64,000 nt of DNA from a virus: IMG/VR virus record IMGVR_UViG_3300037961_006825, positions 10,205-74,204 of that record, one strand, 5' to 3'. The notes under the pieces were generated by a model that saw only the letters and a program-made list of their open reading frames with translations, had not been told where the DNA came from and ran no database searches. How positions within the stretch are numbered: position 1 is the first letter of the stretch; each line of letters starts with the position of its first letter. This document shows, in pieces, positions 9,257 through 19,230 of this stretch. The translations under genes were made by a program, and so were the position numbers.

Positions 9257-10163
9257 ACCAAAAGATCCTTCTATTAGTATTGTAATGACTCATTTTAATA
9301 GAGCTCATCTATTAGAAAGAACATTACATACTTTCACGTATAATAAAACAAGAGATTTTGAAATAGTTATTGTAGATGATGCAAGTGAGACTGATGAGTG
9401 GGAAAAGTTAATAAATTTAATTAGTGAATATAAACAACATTTTAAGTTTAGAGTTTTTAGAATTAGAGAAAATAGTAAGTGGTATTCCAATCCATGTATA
9501 CCTTTTAATATTGCATTAAAACAGGCTAAAGGTAAAATTATTATAATACAGAATCCAGAATGTTTACATGTTGGCAATATTATTGATTATGTGCATAAAC
9601 GACTTGATGCATTTGATTCCGACGAAGCTATTCCACATAGAAAATTTATGTCTTTTGCTTGTTATAATATTGATAAGAATCAAACCGAGTCATTAGCTCC
9701 TAACCCTACACCAGAAGAGGTTTTAAAAACTATTAACCCGGTAAATAATAATCCTATTACACATTGTGAAGAACCGGGTTGGTATGATCATTCTAAATAT
9801 AGACCTTTAGCATATCATTGGTGCAATGCAATAGCAAATGAAGATTTTAAAAAATTAAAATATTTCGATGAGAGATATGCTTTTGGTACAGCTTATGATG
9901 ATGATGAATTAGCATGGAGAGTTAAAAAACTATTATACTCATATAATGAAGGTATTAATAATCCTTTAGTAGTGCATCAATGGCACGGTTTGGGTAATTA
10001 TTATAAAAATCCTAATCAAGCAGAAAATCAAATGAAACAAGATTACAATCACAAGTTTTATGAAACAATTACTAAAAGTGAACAAAGAGGAAAATATAAT
10101 CCTGATAATATAAGAAATGATTTATCTGAAAAAGTAGAATATGATATAGTATCAGGTGTATAA
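9243..10163 (+). CDS. Glycosyltransferase family 2
   Basis: SIVMTHFNR, VIVDDAS, FDERYAFGTAYDDDE, HQWH. Confidence 0.85.
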   Translation: MQQDKPKDPSISIVMTHFNRAHLLERTLHTFTYNKTRDFEIVIVDDASETDEWEKLINLISEYKQHFKFRVFRIRENSKWYSNPCIPFNIALKQAKGKIIIIQNPECLHVGNIIDYVHKRLDAFDSDEAIPHRKFMSFACYNIDKNQTESLAPNPTPEEVLKTINPVNNNPITHCEEPGWYDHSKYRPLAYHWCNAIANEDFKKLKYFDERYAFGTAYDDDELAWRVKKLLYSYNEGINNPLVVHQWHGLGNYYKNPNQAENQMKQDYNHKFYETITKSEQRGKYNPDNIRNDLSEKVEYDIVSGV

Positions 10164-10166
10164 ATT

Positions 10167-11216
10167 ATGAAAAAAACAATAGTTACAGTTACAGGTATTA
10201 GACCAGACTTTATACGTATGTCAGAAGTTTTTAAAAAACTTGATAAAGATTTTAATCATATATTAGTACACACAGGTCAGCATTATGATAAACTTCTTTC
10301 AGATGTATTTTTTGATGAACTTGATATAAGAAAACCTGATTATAATTTAAAGATTGGAAAACCGGGCGCTGAACATTTTCACCAATCAGCAGATTTATCT
10401 GTTAAATTAATTGAATTACTAAGAAAGATAGGTAATGTAGATTGTGTAGTATTTTTAGGTGATTCAAATTCTGTATGTATAGCTCCTCAACTTAAAAAGG
10501 AAGGTTATAAAATAGCTCATATAGAAGCAGGTATGAGATCATATGATAAAAGAATGCTCGAGGAAGTTAATCGAGTAGTTTGCGATCATTGTAGCGATTT
10601 TCTTTTCGTGTATCATGATAATTATAAAATAAAACTTTTCTATGAAAAAATAAATGAGCATATCTATACAGTGGGGAATACTATTGTTGAAGTTTTGAAA
10701 AAAGTTCATAAAAATAAGAAAAAGAAAACTTCTGATTATATCATTCTTGATATACATAGACCAGAGAATTTTAAATATAGAGATAGACTTATACATATAT
10801 TAGATTTTGCAGATAATTTTAATTTACCGGTAAAGTTTTTAAACTTTAAACGAACTATGCAATATATAAAAGATTTTGAAATAGATATGAGTCTATATAA
10901 AAATATAAAAATTATTGATTTATTATCATATAAAAAATTTATTGATTTGCAGTATAATGCATATTGTATAATTAGTGATTCTGGTACAGCTCAAGAAGAA
11001 CCGGCACTACTTAAAACTCCTGTTATAGTACCTAGAGATTATGCTGAAAGACCTGAATCAGTTGAATATGGATGTTCAATTGAAGTTAATGCTAATAAAA
11101 TTATACAGGTAGAAGCAGCAAAAAGTTTTATTGAAAATTATAACCCTAATATTGAATGGTTAGGAAATGGAAACACTAGTCAATTAATAGTAAATAAATT
11201 AAAAGAAATTTTATGA
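10167..11216 (+). CDS. UDP-N-acetylhexosamine 2-epimerase (WecB/FnlC family)
   Basis: GIRPDFIRMS, HTGQHYD, HIEAGMRS, HRPEN, DSGTAQEE, ERPE. Confidence 0.9.
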   Translation: MKKTIVTVTGIRPDFIRMSEVFKKLDKDFNHILVHTGQHYDKLLSDVFFDELDIRKPDYNLKIGKPGAEHFHQSADLSVKLIELLRKIGNVDCVVFLGDSNSVCIAPQLKKEGYKIAHIEAGMRSYDKRMLEEVNRVVCDHCSDFLFVYHDNYKIKLFYEKINEHIYTVGNTIVEVLKKVHKNKKKKTSDYIILDIHRPENFKYRDRLIHILDFADNFNLPVKFLNFKRTMQYIKDFEIDMSLYKNIKIIDLLSYKKFIDLQYNAYCIISDSGTAQEEPALLKTPVIVPRDYAERPESVEYGCSIEVNANKIIQVEAAKSFIENYNPNIEWLGNGNTSQLIVNKLKEIL

Positions 11217-12004
11217 ATAGAAAAAAGATAATAGGCTTCGGTCAGATGAGAAATGAGAGCGAGAATGGTAACCTAGAAAATTGGTTTAAATGTATGGAGC
11301 CTTGTGATCATATCTATATTTTTGATCAAGCGAGTACAGATAATAGTAAAGAAATCTATGAAAAATATAAAGATAGAACTACTGTTATATATAGTCCGAC
11401 TAATAGATTTACCGAAGAACTATTATGTAAAGATGAATTATATAGATTAATGTTAAAGGAACATCCTGATGTAGATTGGGTATTATGGTTAGATGGGGAT
11501 CTATTACTTGATGGAAGATTATTAGTAGATGATAATCTACAAAAATTATGTCATAAACTTGATGAAGCGAAAGTAGACCTTCCTTGTTTTGGTCATTATA
11601 ATTTATGGAGATCAGATAAATGGTATAGGAAAGATAATGCTTACCATGATTTACATATGCATTGGTTCCCTTTATGGGGTCAACCGCAAAATAAATGGTT
11701 TGATAGACAACCTGGATTACATCACGGACAAGTACCTCAAGGTACAACTAAACATGCACAGGTTGATGTTAACGTGATTCATTTCGGGTTTAAAAATGAA
11801 GAAAAAATTGTTAATAAATATTTACACTATAAAAGTTTAGGGCAATCTGGATGGGCATTAGATAGATTAGTTGACGAAAGTACACTAGATGTCGGTGAAG
11901 TCCCGAGTCATATATATCCGAAATGGTTTAAAATAGAAGACGATCAATCACCTTTAAATAAACCAAAATTAATAGATAAATACAAAGAAAAAATATTTAG
12001 TTAA
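11213..12004 (+). CDS. Glycosyltransferase family 2-like
   Basis: FDQASTD, WLDGD DxD motif, IHFG. Confidence 0.75.
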   Translation: MNRKKIIGFGQMRNESENGNLENWFKCMEPCDHIYIFDQASTDNSKEIYEKYKDRTTVIYSPTNRFTEELLCKDELYRLMLKEHPDVDWVLWLDGDLLLDGRLLVDDNLQKLCHKLDEAKVDLPCFGHYNLWRSDKWYRKDNAYHDLHMHWFPLWGQPQNKWFDRQPGLHHGQVPQGTTKHAQVDVNVIHFGFKNEEKIVNKYLHYKSLGQSGWALDRLVDESTLDVGEVPSHIYPKWFKIEDDQSPLNKPKLIDKYKEKIFS

Positions 12005-12006
12005 TT

Positions 12007-13503
12007 ATGAATATTACTACTTTAGGTCATGCAGGTCTATGGATAGAAACAAAAGATCTTAAAGTTTTATGCGATCCATGGCATTTTAAAAACCCAGCTT
12101 TTTTTAATACCTGGCATGTTTATCCGGATAATAGTAACGTAGATTGGGATCATATACTTGAAAAAACCGATATTGTTTTTGTATCTCATGTACATAAAGA
12201 TCATTTTGATGAAAAAATATTAACTGATTTATTAGAAAAAAATAATGACGTAAAAGTATTATTACCAGATTTTAGATTCTGCGAACTTAAAAAAGATTTC
12301 GAAAAAATTGGATATAAAAATTTTATTATAAAAGAATACAAAAAGGGAGATACCACAATAGTAACGTATCCGTCTGAAACTATCGATAGGGAAAGAGAAG
12401 ATAGTAGTATTTGTGTAAATGATGGTAGTAAAACTTTTTTAAATTTTAATGATTCTACTATAACCCCTGAACATAAAGATAATATAATAAAAAGATTCAA
12501 AAAAATTGACTGGGCTGCTGGTCAATTTTCCGGAGCTAACTGGTGGCCTTCATGTTATGAATATAATGAAGATAAAAAACTTGAATTAATTTTATCATAT
12601 AAAAAACGCAAGATTGATCATTATAAAAGAATGATTGATTATTTAGGGGTTAAAAAAATGATACCAATAGCTGGACCTCCTTGTTTTCTTCAAAATAATT
12701 TAAATGAATTAAACTATAGAGAAAATAAGAAAAGTATATTTTTTGATAATTGGGATGTACCTGAATTTAATTTAATGAAACAAGTATATAGAACATTACC
12801 TGGTGATAGATATACTTTTTCATCCATAAAAGATATTAAAGATAGACCATTCGATAAAGAGGAATTTATTAAAAATAATTTATACGATTTTAATTATGAT
12901 GTATCAAACGATGAAATAAAAAAAATTGATAAAAAAATATTTTCTTTATTTAGCGATTTATTATCAAATAATACCTGGTTAAGCAAGTATATTAAATGTA
13001 AAATTTACTTAAATGTAGAAAATTATAAAACTTTTTGTTTAGATTTTAAAAATGCAAAAGTATCTACAGAAGACGAAATTATTAAAAAAGGAATTTATTA
13101 TATTATAAATTTTAAACAAAAAGTAATTTACGATTTACTTTTTAAAAATATAACTGATTGGGAAGAAGCATTTTTAAGTTGTACATGTACATTTGAAAGA
13201 AAACCTGATTTATATAATCCATGGATATTATCATTTTTTAGAAATCTTAATAATGATAGATTACAAAAAATATATGAAATAACCCAATCCAGTGAAGTAT
13301 TAGAAGGTAAAATGATAGTTGGTGATTATGAGGTAAATAGGTATTGCCCTCATCAACAATATGATTTAATGTATCATAGTAAAATAGATCTTGAAAATGG
13401 GACTATACAGTGTTTAGGACACGGTTGGAAATGGGACTTAGAAACCTGTGAAGGTATAAATTGTGCTGCAAAAATTATTTGTAATAGAATAATACGTAAG
13501 TAA
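12007..13503 (+). CDS. Metallo-beta-lactamase-fold protein with C-terminal Rieske [2Fe-2S] domain (Rv3818/CMAH-related architecture)
   Basis: GHAG, CDPW, SHVHKDHFD; Rieske CPH...CLGHGW. Confidence 0.85.
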   Translation: MNITTLGHAGLWIETKDLKVLCDPWHFKNPAFFNTWHVYPDNSNVDWDHILEKTDIVFVSHVHKDHFDEKILTDLLEKNNDVKVLLPDFRFCELKKDFEKIGYKNFIIKEYKKGDTTIVTYPSETIDREREDSSICVNDGSKTFLNFNDSTITPEHKDNIIKRFKKIDWAAGQFSGANWWPSCYEYNEDKKLELILSYKKRKIDHYKRMIDYLGVKKMIPIAGPPCFLQNNLNELNYRENKKSIFFDNWDVPEFNLMKQVYRTLPGDRYTFSSIKDIKDRPFDKEEFIKNNLYDFNYDVSNDEIKKIDKKIFSLFSDLLSNNTWLSKYIKCKIYLNVENYKTFCLDFKNAKVSTEDEIIKKGIYYIINFKQKVIYDLLFKNITDWEEAFLSCTCTFERKPDLYNPWILSFFRNLNNDRLQKIYEITQSSEVLEGKMIVGDYEVNRYCPHQQYDLMYHSKIDLENGTIQCLGHGWKWDLETCEGINCAAKIICNRIIRK

Positions 13504-13537
13504 TTGATCTTCAATTTTTAGTTTTTAAATAATAGTA

Positions 13538-14284
13538 ATGATAAAGAAAAACGTTGAAATAATTACCTTAATTTATAAAAGTGTAGACTATTTACGTTTC
13601 ATTGTTGAACAAATGAAATCAGATAGATGCAAAGCAGAAGGTTGGGATGTAGGTATAAGAGTTGTAGCTAATGATGCAACGCCTGAAGTTTTAGATGAAC
13701 TTAAAAAATTAGATATACCTTATACTATTCATAATAACTTTTGGACTAATGAATTTTATCTTAATAAAGTATATAGAGCATATAATTATGCAGTAATAAC
13801 TAGTGAGTATGATAATGTAGTTTTAATTAATTCAGATTATGTTATCGGTGAAAACTTTTTAACTAATTTATTAAAACATCACGATGGGGTAAATATACCT
13901 TGTGGTAGACTTATTGAAAGTGGTAAGATGCCTTCAGGTGAAAATGCTATTAATATGGGTCAGAATGATTTTGGTAGATCTCCAAAAAATATTGATAAAG
14001 AAGGTTTTGACAACTGGGTTAAAAATAATGCAGAAGATAAAACTTTACCAGGTGGGTTGTTTATGCCAGTTGTATTAGAAAGAAAAACATTTATCGACAG
14101 TTGCATGTACCCTTTAGGTAATATATATCATAACGGTATAGGTACTGCAAACTTTGGTGGAAAATATGTGCAGTCAGGTGATGATTTTTATTTTAAAAGA
14201 GTTTTAGCTAAAAGAGGTATGAAACATATAACTGTTTGCGATTCATGCGTCTATCACATTATAGAGGGTGAAAAAGACGAATAA
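13538..14284 (+). CDS. Glycosyltransferase (GT-A fold, divergent)
   Basis: VVAND, YNYA, LINSD, SGDD, VYH; lies inside the glycan cluster. Confidence 0.65.
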   Translation: MIKKNVEIITLIYKSVDYLRFIVEQMKSDRCKAEGWDVGIRVVANDATPEVLDELKKLDIPYTIHNNFWTNEFYLNKVYRAYNYAVITSEYDNVVLINSDYVIGENFLTNLLKHHDGVNIPCGRLIESGKMPSGENAINMGQNDFGRSPKNIDKEGFDNWVKNNAEDKTLPGGLFMPVVLERKTFIDSCMYPLGNIYHNGIGTANFGGKYVQSGDDFYFKRVLAKRGMKHITVCDSCVYHIIEGEKDE

Positions 14285-14787
14285 TGATTAGACATGAAGA
14301 ATTTATAGAAGCTATTGCAGTTATTAAAAGACCTAAATCATATTTAGAATTAGGATTATACCAAGGTGATACTATCAATAGAATATCAAAATATTTTAAA
14401 AATAAAGAAAATATTGTTGGGGTTGATATGCTTCTTGAACCTATAATAGATGGTACGTTTCATAAAATGTCTACTGATGATTTTTTTAAACAAAATAAAA
14501 AAAACTTTGATATGATTTTTATTGATGCTGATCACAGATATGAAAGTGTTAAAAAAGATTTTAAAAACTCTATAAAAATTTTAAACCCAGGTGGTGTAAT
14601 TTTATTACATGATACTGACCCAGAGAATGATAATTTATTTAATGACGGTTATTGTGGCGATTGTTATAAAATAGTAAAAGAATTAGAAGAGGATGAAAGA
14701 TATAATATAACAACATTACCTATCGAAGAAGCTGGGTTATCAATTGTAACAAGAAAAAATGAAACGAGAACACAAATAAGAAAATGA
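14284..14787 (+). CDS. Class I SAM-dependent methyltransferase (Methyltransf_24-like)
   Basis: YLELG, FDMIFIDADH, GGVILLHD. Confidence 0.85.
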   Translation: MIRHEEFIEAIAVIKRPKSYLELGLYQGDTINRISKYFKNKENIVGVDMLLEPIIDGTFHKMSTDDFFKQNKKNFDMIFIDADHRYESVKKDFKNSIKILNPGGVILLHDTDPENDNLFNDGYCGDCYKIVKELEEDERYNITTLPIEEAGLSIVTRKNETRTQIRK

Positions 14788-15707
14788 AAGGTTGGTTAGT
14801 ACACGATTACATGACATGTATACCTAATACTAGAACATTATGGTATGATTTAGTTGATTGGTTACCACATTTAGAAGATAAGTGTAATAATGGAGAGTTA
14901 ATGAGACTTCCAGAACATGTTGACCAACTATTAAAGCATAATGAAGAACCAGATTATGTAATCCGCAATGCATCCTATTGGCCTACATATGCTTTTTCTA
15001 AATCTAAAATTATTTCTATTCTCCAAGATTTTAGAGATGAACCAACTCTAAAGCAATGGCAACTTGATGTTTGTAATGGTAGTGATAAAGTTATAGCAGT
15101 TTCTAATTATGTAAAGGAAAAATTTTCTGATGATATTGATAAAGAAAATGTAGAAGTTTTACCTATCGGTACAGATTTTAATTTTTTTAAACCGCAAGAA
15201 GTAGATAATGAGTTTGATATATTACCAAATTCAATTTTATGGATAGGAGATTATAATAATAATCCAAAAGGGTTTGATATATTAAAACAAATAATTAAAA
15301 ATACTAACTATAATTTTTGTATAGTTTTAAAATCAAATATAAAATTTGAACATAAACGTATTAGATGTTTCAATAGAATTTCTCATGAAAAATTAGTTAG
15401 AATTATGAACAATTGTAAAGCAGTTTTATGTACTAGCAGAGAAGAAACATTACATTTATCATCAATAGAAGCTGCAGCTTGTAACCTACCAGTTATAACA
15501 TCTAATATAGGAATACATTATAATGTTAAATCAGGTGTATGGGGGGAAAATGTACCAACTTTTGATTATAATGACTATATTACTTCAATAGATAAGGTTT
15601 TTAATAATATAAAAAATTATACACCAAGAGATTATTTTAATGAAAGATATAGTATATCTGCATTAAAAGAAAAATGGTTAAAAATGATTAATGAAGTTAT
15701 TGATTAA
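14784..15707 (+). CDS. Glycosyltransferase family 4 (GT-B)
   Basis: IAVSNY, KGFD, ETLHLSSIEAAACNLPVITSNIG. Confidence 0.85.
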   Translation: MKGWLVHDYMTCIPNTRTLWYDLVDWLPHLEDKCNNGELMRLPEHVDQLLKHNEEPDYVIRNASYWPTYAFSKSKIISILQDFRDEPTLKQWQLDVCNGSDKVIAVSNYVKEKFSDDIDKENVEVLPIGTDFNFFKPQEVDNEFDILPNSILWIGDYNNNPKGFDILKQIIKNTNYNFCIVLKSNIKFEHKRIRCFNRISHEKLVRIMNNCKAVLCTSREETLHLSSIEAAACNLPVITSNIGIHYNVKSGVWGENVPTFDYNDYITSIDKVFNNIKNYTPRDYFNERYSISALKEKWLKMINEVID

Positions 15708-15734
15708 TCGTAAAAGTATACTATAATATAATAT

Positions 15735-16688
15735 ATGAAAATTTTAGTAGTAGGTGGAGCTGGTTATATAGGCGGATATTTAGTTGATCAACTAATTGAA
15801 AAAGGTCATGAACCTATCGTATATGATAATATTCTTTATGAAGATCGTTATTTAAAAGATGTACCTTTTATTAGAGGTGATATAAGAGATACGTATAAAT
15901 TAGTTGAAGCTGCTGAAGATTGTGATGTAGTGGTTTTAGCTGCAGCGTTAGTTGGAGACCCAGCTTGTAGTGTTGATAAAAATCTAACTGATAGAATTAA
16001 TTATCAGGCTATTAAAAGAGCTTGTGAAGATTTACCTAAAGATATACATGTTATTTTTATGTCAACTTGTTCGGTATACGGAGCTCAAGACGATGTATTA
16101 GATGAAGAAAGTAGTACAAATCCTTTAAGTGAATATGCAGTTACTAAGTTAAAAGCTGAAGATCATATTAAAGAGAGAAACGGTACTATCTTTAGATTAG
16201 GAACGGTATATGGTGTAGGCGATGCAATGAGTAGAATAAGATTAGACTTAGTAGTAAATGTTTTAACTTATAATGCAATAAAGAATGGAAACATAACTGT
16301 AAACGGTGGAGATCAATGGAGACCTATTATTTCAGTAAAAGATATATCAGGGTATATAATTGAAGCGGCACAAAGAAAACCTAATGATACCTTTATTCTC
16401 TCTTATGAGAATACTACTATAAAACAATTAGGTGAATTAGTTGTTAAAGAGTTACCTGGTACAGAAATAAAATATACTGAAATATCTTTTCAAGACGCAC
16501 GTAATTATAAAGTATGTGCTAAAAAAGCAGAAGATTATTTTGATTATATGGCAAAATGGTCTCCTGCAGAAGAAATTAAACAGATGGAAAAAATCTTTAG
16601 AGAAGAAAGATTAAAAAATCCGGATGATGAAATTTATAGTAATGGTAAATATCTTGCAGAGTTAAAACGAACAAATGGATTTAATTAA
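15735..16688 (+). CDS. NAD-dependent epimerase/dehydratase (extended SDR)
   Basis: GGAGYIG, STCSVYG, YAVTK, RLDLVVN. Confidence 0.9.
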   Translation: MKILVVGGAGYIGGYLVDQLIEKGHEPIVYDNILYEDRYLKDVPFIRGDIRDTYKLVEAAEDCDVVVLAAALVGDPACSVDKNLTDRINYQAIKRACEDLPKDIHVIFMSTCSVYGAQDDVLDEESSTNPLSEYAVTKLKAEDHIKERNGTIFRLGTVYGVGDAMSRIRLDLVVNVLTYNAIKNGNITVNGGDQWRPIISVKDISGYIIEAAQRKPNDTFILSYENTTIKQLGELVVKELPGTEIKYTEISFQDARNYKVCAKKAEDYFDYMAKWSPAEEIKQMEKIFREERLKNPDDEIYSNGKYLAELKRTNGFN

Positions 16689-16911
16689 TATGAGCGCGCA
16701 CTTAAAAGCAATAGTAAAAAAACTAGAAGGCCAGCGAGACATTGAGCTTGCTGATTTAGATACCTACTTAACAAAGCAGGTAGCAATTGGTGAACATCCT
16801 GATATAGGTGTTGAAATAGAAAAGAAAATTGAAAAAATTGATGAGTTAGATTCAAAAATAGATACAATTCAAAAATATTTTAATAATAGTCAAATGGAAT
16901 TATTAGGGTGA
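16675..16911 (+). CDS. Hypothetical phage protein
   Basis: IGEHPDI motif and coiled coil; coupled within the operon. Confidence 0.6.
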   Translation: MDLINMSAHLKAIVKKLEGQRDIELADLDTYLTKQVAIGEHPDIGVEIEKKIEKIDELDSKIDTIQKYFNNSQMELLG

Positions 16912-17330
16912 ATGAAATAAATGAAATAAAAGGCGGCGTTGCTGTTGATGATAGAGGGTCGGTTAGATTTGTAAATGATTTTGACTTTAAAAATGTAAAA
17001 CGCTTTTATCAAGTCAGTAATCATAAAGAAGGTTTTATTAGAGCTTGGCATGGTCATAAAAAAGAAGGTAAGTATGTTTATGTTGCAAAAGGTTCAGCTT
17101 TAATCGGAGCTGTAAAATTAGACGGTACTAATAATCCTCATAAATTTATACTATCATCTCAATCGCCGAAAGTTATTTATATACCACCTGGTTATGCAAA
17201 TGGATTTAAAAATTTAGAAGAAGATACCATTGTTCAATTCTTCTCTACTTCAACCTTGGAGGAAAGTTTAGGAGATGATTATCGATATGATCACGATCAT
17301 TGGAATATTTGGGAGGAAGATTATAGATGA
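16908..17330 (+). CDS. RmlC-like cupin sugar 3,5-epimerase
   Basis: DDRG, RAWHGH, IPPGYANGF. Confidence 0.85.
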   Translation: MNEINEIKGGVAVDDRGSVRFVNDFDFKNVKRFYQVSNHKEGFIRAWHGHKKEGKYVYVAKGSALIGAVKLDGTNNPHKFILSSQSPKVIYIPPGYANGFKNLEEDTIVQFFSTSTLEESLGDDYRYDHDHWNIWEEDYR

Positions 17331-18178
17331 ATATATTAGTTTTAGGTGCAAAAGGAATGTTAGGTAGATATGTTGCAACATATCTTAATAAAAATAAAGA
17401 TTATCAAATTTATTGTACTGATAGAAGACATTTAGATGTCTCTAAAGTAGATAGAGATGATATATTATCACAACTTATGTTTCCAGAAAATGGTAAGGAT
17501 ATAAAAATTGATTTAGTTATAAATTGTATTGGTATGATTAAACCTGTAATTGCTAAAACTTCTATGAGTGAAGCAATAAAGGTTAATACTTTATTTCCAC
17601 ATTTAGTAAGTGAAGTATGTAAAGAACATGATATTAAATTTATACACGTAACTACTGACTGTGTATATACAGGTAGTTTGGCAGACTTTACTTTAGGTTA
17701 TGATGAAATGGATATACATGATGCTGAAGATGATTACGGTCTAACTAAATTTTTAGGTGAACCAAAAAATTGTACTGTTATTAGAACATCTATAATTGGT
17801 GAAGAAGTTGGTCAATCTCGTTCATTAATTGAATGGATAAAGAATCAAAGAAACGGTAAAGCAAATGGTTATACTAATCATTATTGGAATGGAGTAACTT
17901 GTTTGCAGTTTGCTAAAATTGTTGAACGTATGATTGAAACTGATAATTTTTGGGAAGGTACTAAACATATTCACTCTGATGCTGTTGATAAATTTCAGTT
18001 AGTAGAAATGATAAATAAAATTTATAATTTAAATATTGAAGTTACTCCAGTAGAAGGTCCTTCATTTTGTAATCGATCGTTATCATCAGTATACGAAGAT
18101 ACAGAAAAATTAAATACTGAAACTTTAGAAACACAAATTAAAGAATTAGCTAAATTTTCGGATGAACTCTATGCATGA
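17327..18178 (+). CDS. RmlD-like NDP-4-keto-6-deoxyhexose reductase
   Basis: GAKGMLG, NCIG, TTDCVY, YGLTK, RTSIIG. Confidence 0.88.
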   Translation: MNILVLGAKGMLGRYVATYLNKNKDYQIYCTDRRHLDVSKVDRDDILSQLMFPENGKDIKIDLVINCIGMIKPVIAKTSMSEAIKVNTLFPHLVSEVCKEHDIKFIHVTTDCVYTGSLADFTLGYDEMDIHDAEDDYGLTKFLGEPKNCTVIRTSIIGEEVGQSRSLIEWIKNQRNGKANGYTNHYWNGVTCLQFAKIVERMIETDNFWEGTKHIHSDAVDKFQLVEMINKIYNLNIEVTPVEGPSFCNRSLSSVYEDTEKLNTETLETQIKELAKFSDELYA

Positions 18179-18374
18179 AACCAAAACTCGTTCTATAACG
18201 AAAACCGTAGCATGGAGAATAGTTGCAACACTTAATAGTTTTTTAGTATTAGTATTTTTTAGTAATATTTTAACTTCTAATTTAGGTAAAGCTATAATGA
18301 TGAATATAACCGGATTTTTTATCTATTACATTTATGAACGAATCTGGAATATGATAAAGTGGGGTAAAGAATAA
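18162..18374 (+). CDS. DUF2061-like small membrane protein
   Basis: RSITKTVAWR...YYIYERIWNMIKWG. Confidence 0.8.
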   Translation: MNSMHETKTRSITKTVAWRIVATLNSFLVLVFFSNILTSNLGKAIMMNITGFFIYYIYERIWNMIKWGKE

Positions 18375-18466
18375 TGGATTTTGAATTTTTAATGAAAATA
18401 TTTTTATTTGCATCAGTATCAATTATTATCTTAATGATGTATTTCAATAATGATAATTTACTATGA
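18374..18466 (+). CDS. Small hydrophobic protein (30 aa), unannotated
   Basis: MDFEFLMKIFLFASVSIIILMMYFNNDNLL; TAATG and ATGA couplings on either side. Confidence 0.5.
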   Translation: MDFEFLMKIFLFASVSIIILMMYFNNDNLL

Positions 18467-18636
18467 TAGCATATAAAGTAATTGTTTGGAGAATTTTTTC
18501 TATTATAGTTTGTACAATAACAGCTAGGATATGGTTTGGTGATTGGCATGCTACAGTTTTTGGAATTTTTATTAGTATTTTTTTAACAATACTACATTAT
18601 TTCTTTGAAAAAATATGGAACAGGTATATAATATAA
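18463..18636 (+). CDS. Second DUF2061-like protein (57 aa), unannotated
   Basis: MIAYKVIVWRIFS...LHYFFEKIWNR matches the K-x3-WR / E-x-x-W pattern. Confidence 0.65.
   Translation: MIAYKVIVWRIFSIIVCTITARIWFGDWHATVFGIFISIFLTILHYFFEKIWNRYII
18617..18632 (+). promoter_or_regulatory. GGAAC-N5-TATAAT promoter motif
   Basis: GGAACaggtaTATAAT, 7 nt before ATG 18640. Confidence 0.6.
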
Positions 18637-18639
18637 AGT

Positions 18640-19230
18640 ATGATAATTAAAGATATTAAAGTTTATGATGGGCCGCTAATTCATAAAAGATTCGCTTATA
18701 ACTTCTTTCGTAAAAATACTTTACCGATTGGTAATATAATAGCGTTTAGATGTCCGATGGATGTAGAAGTAGGCGGTATGATTGATCAAGAAGATGTATT
18801 GCAAAATGATTATATTCGTAGCGATGATGCGATGAATTTTTGTTGGGAGATCCCTAACTTAGATAAACTTGGAGCTGTAGCGTTTCAACGACTTTTAAAT
18901 ACTCAGATTGCTAATATTTTATCTTCAACATATATTAAAAAGCCTATTGAAGTAGATGGAGACGACTTAATGGTTCATCATGAGTTTACTGGTAGCGATG
19001 GTGAGTTGCGAGACGTTGGTAAATGTAGTGTTAGTATAACTTATTCAAAAGATAATGTTGCAATTGGTCATACAGGAATTAATATCGATGCAGGTCGTGG
19101 TGCTCCTCCTTTTGCTTATAGTACTAAGCTTACTGATGAGCAGGCTGAAAAATTTATGCAAGATGTTATAGATATTTTTTATGCAATGGCAGATGATATG
19201 TTTATAGCAACTACTAAAATTAATCTATGA
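18640..19230 (+). CDS. DUF366-like protein (BPL/LPL-type fold)
   Basis: YDG...AY...IIAFR...MIDQED...SDD, GDDLMV, KCSVSI, GHTGINI. Confidence 0.7.
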   Translation: MIIKDIKVYDGPLIHKRFAYNFFRKNTLPIGNIIAFRCPMDVEVGGMIDQEDVLQNDYIRSDDAMNFCWEIPNLDKLGAVAFQRLLNTQIANILSSTYIKKPIEVDGDDLMVHHEFTGSDGELRDVGKCSVSITYSKDNVAIGHTGINIDAGRGAPPFAYSTKLTDEQAEKFMQDVIDIFYAMADDMFIATTKINL

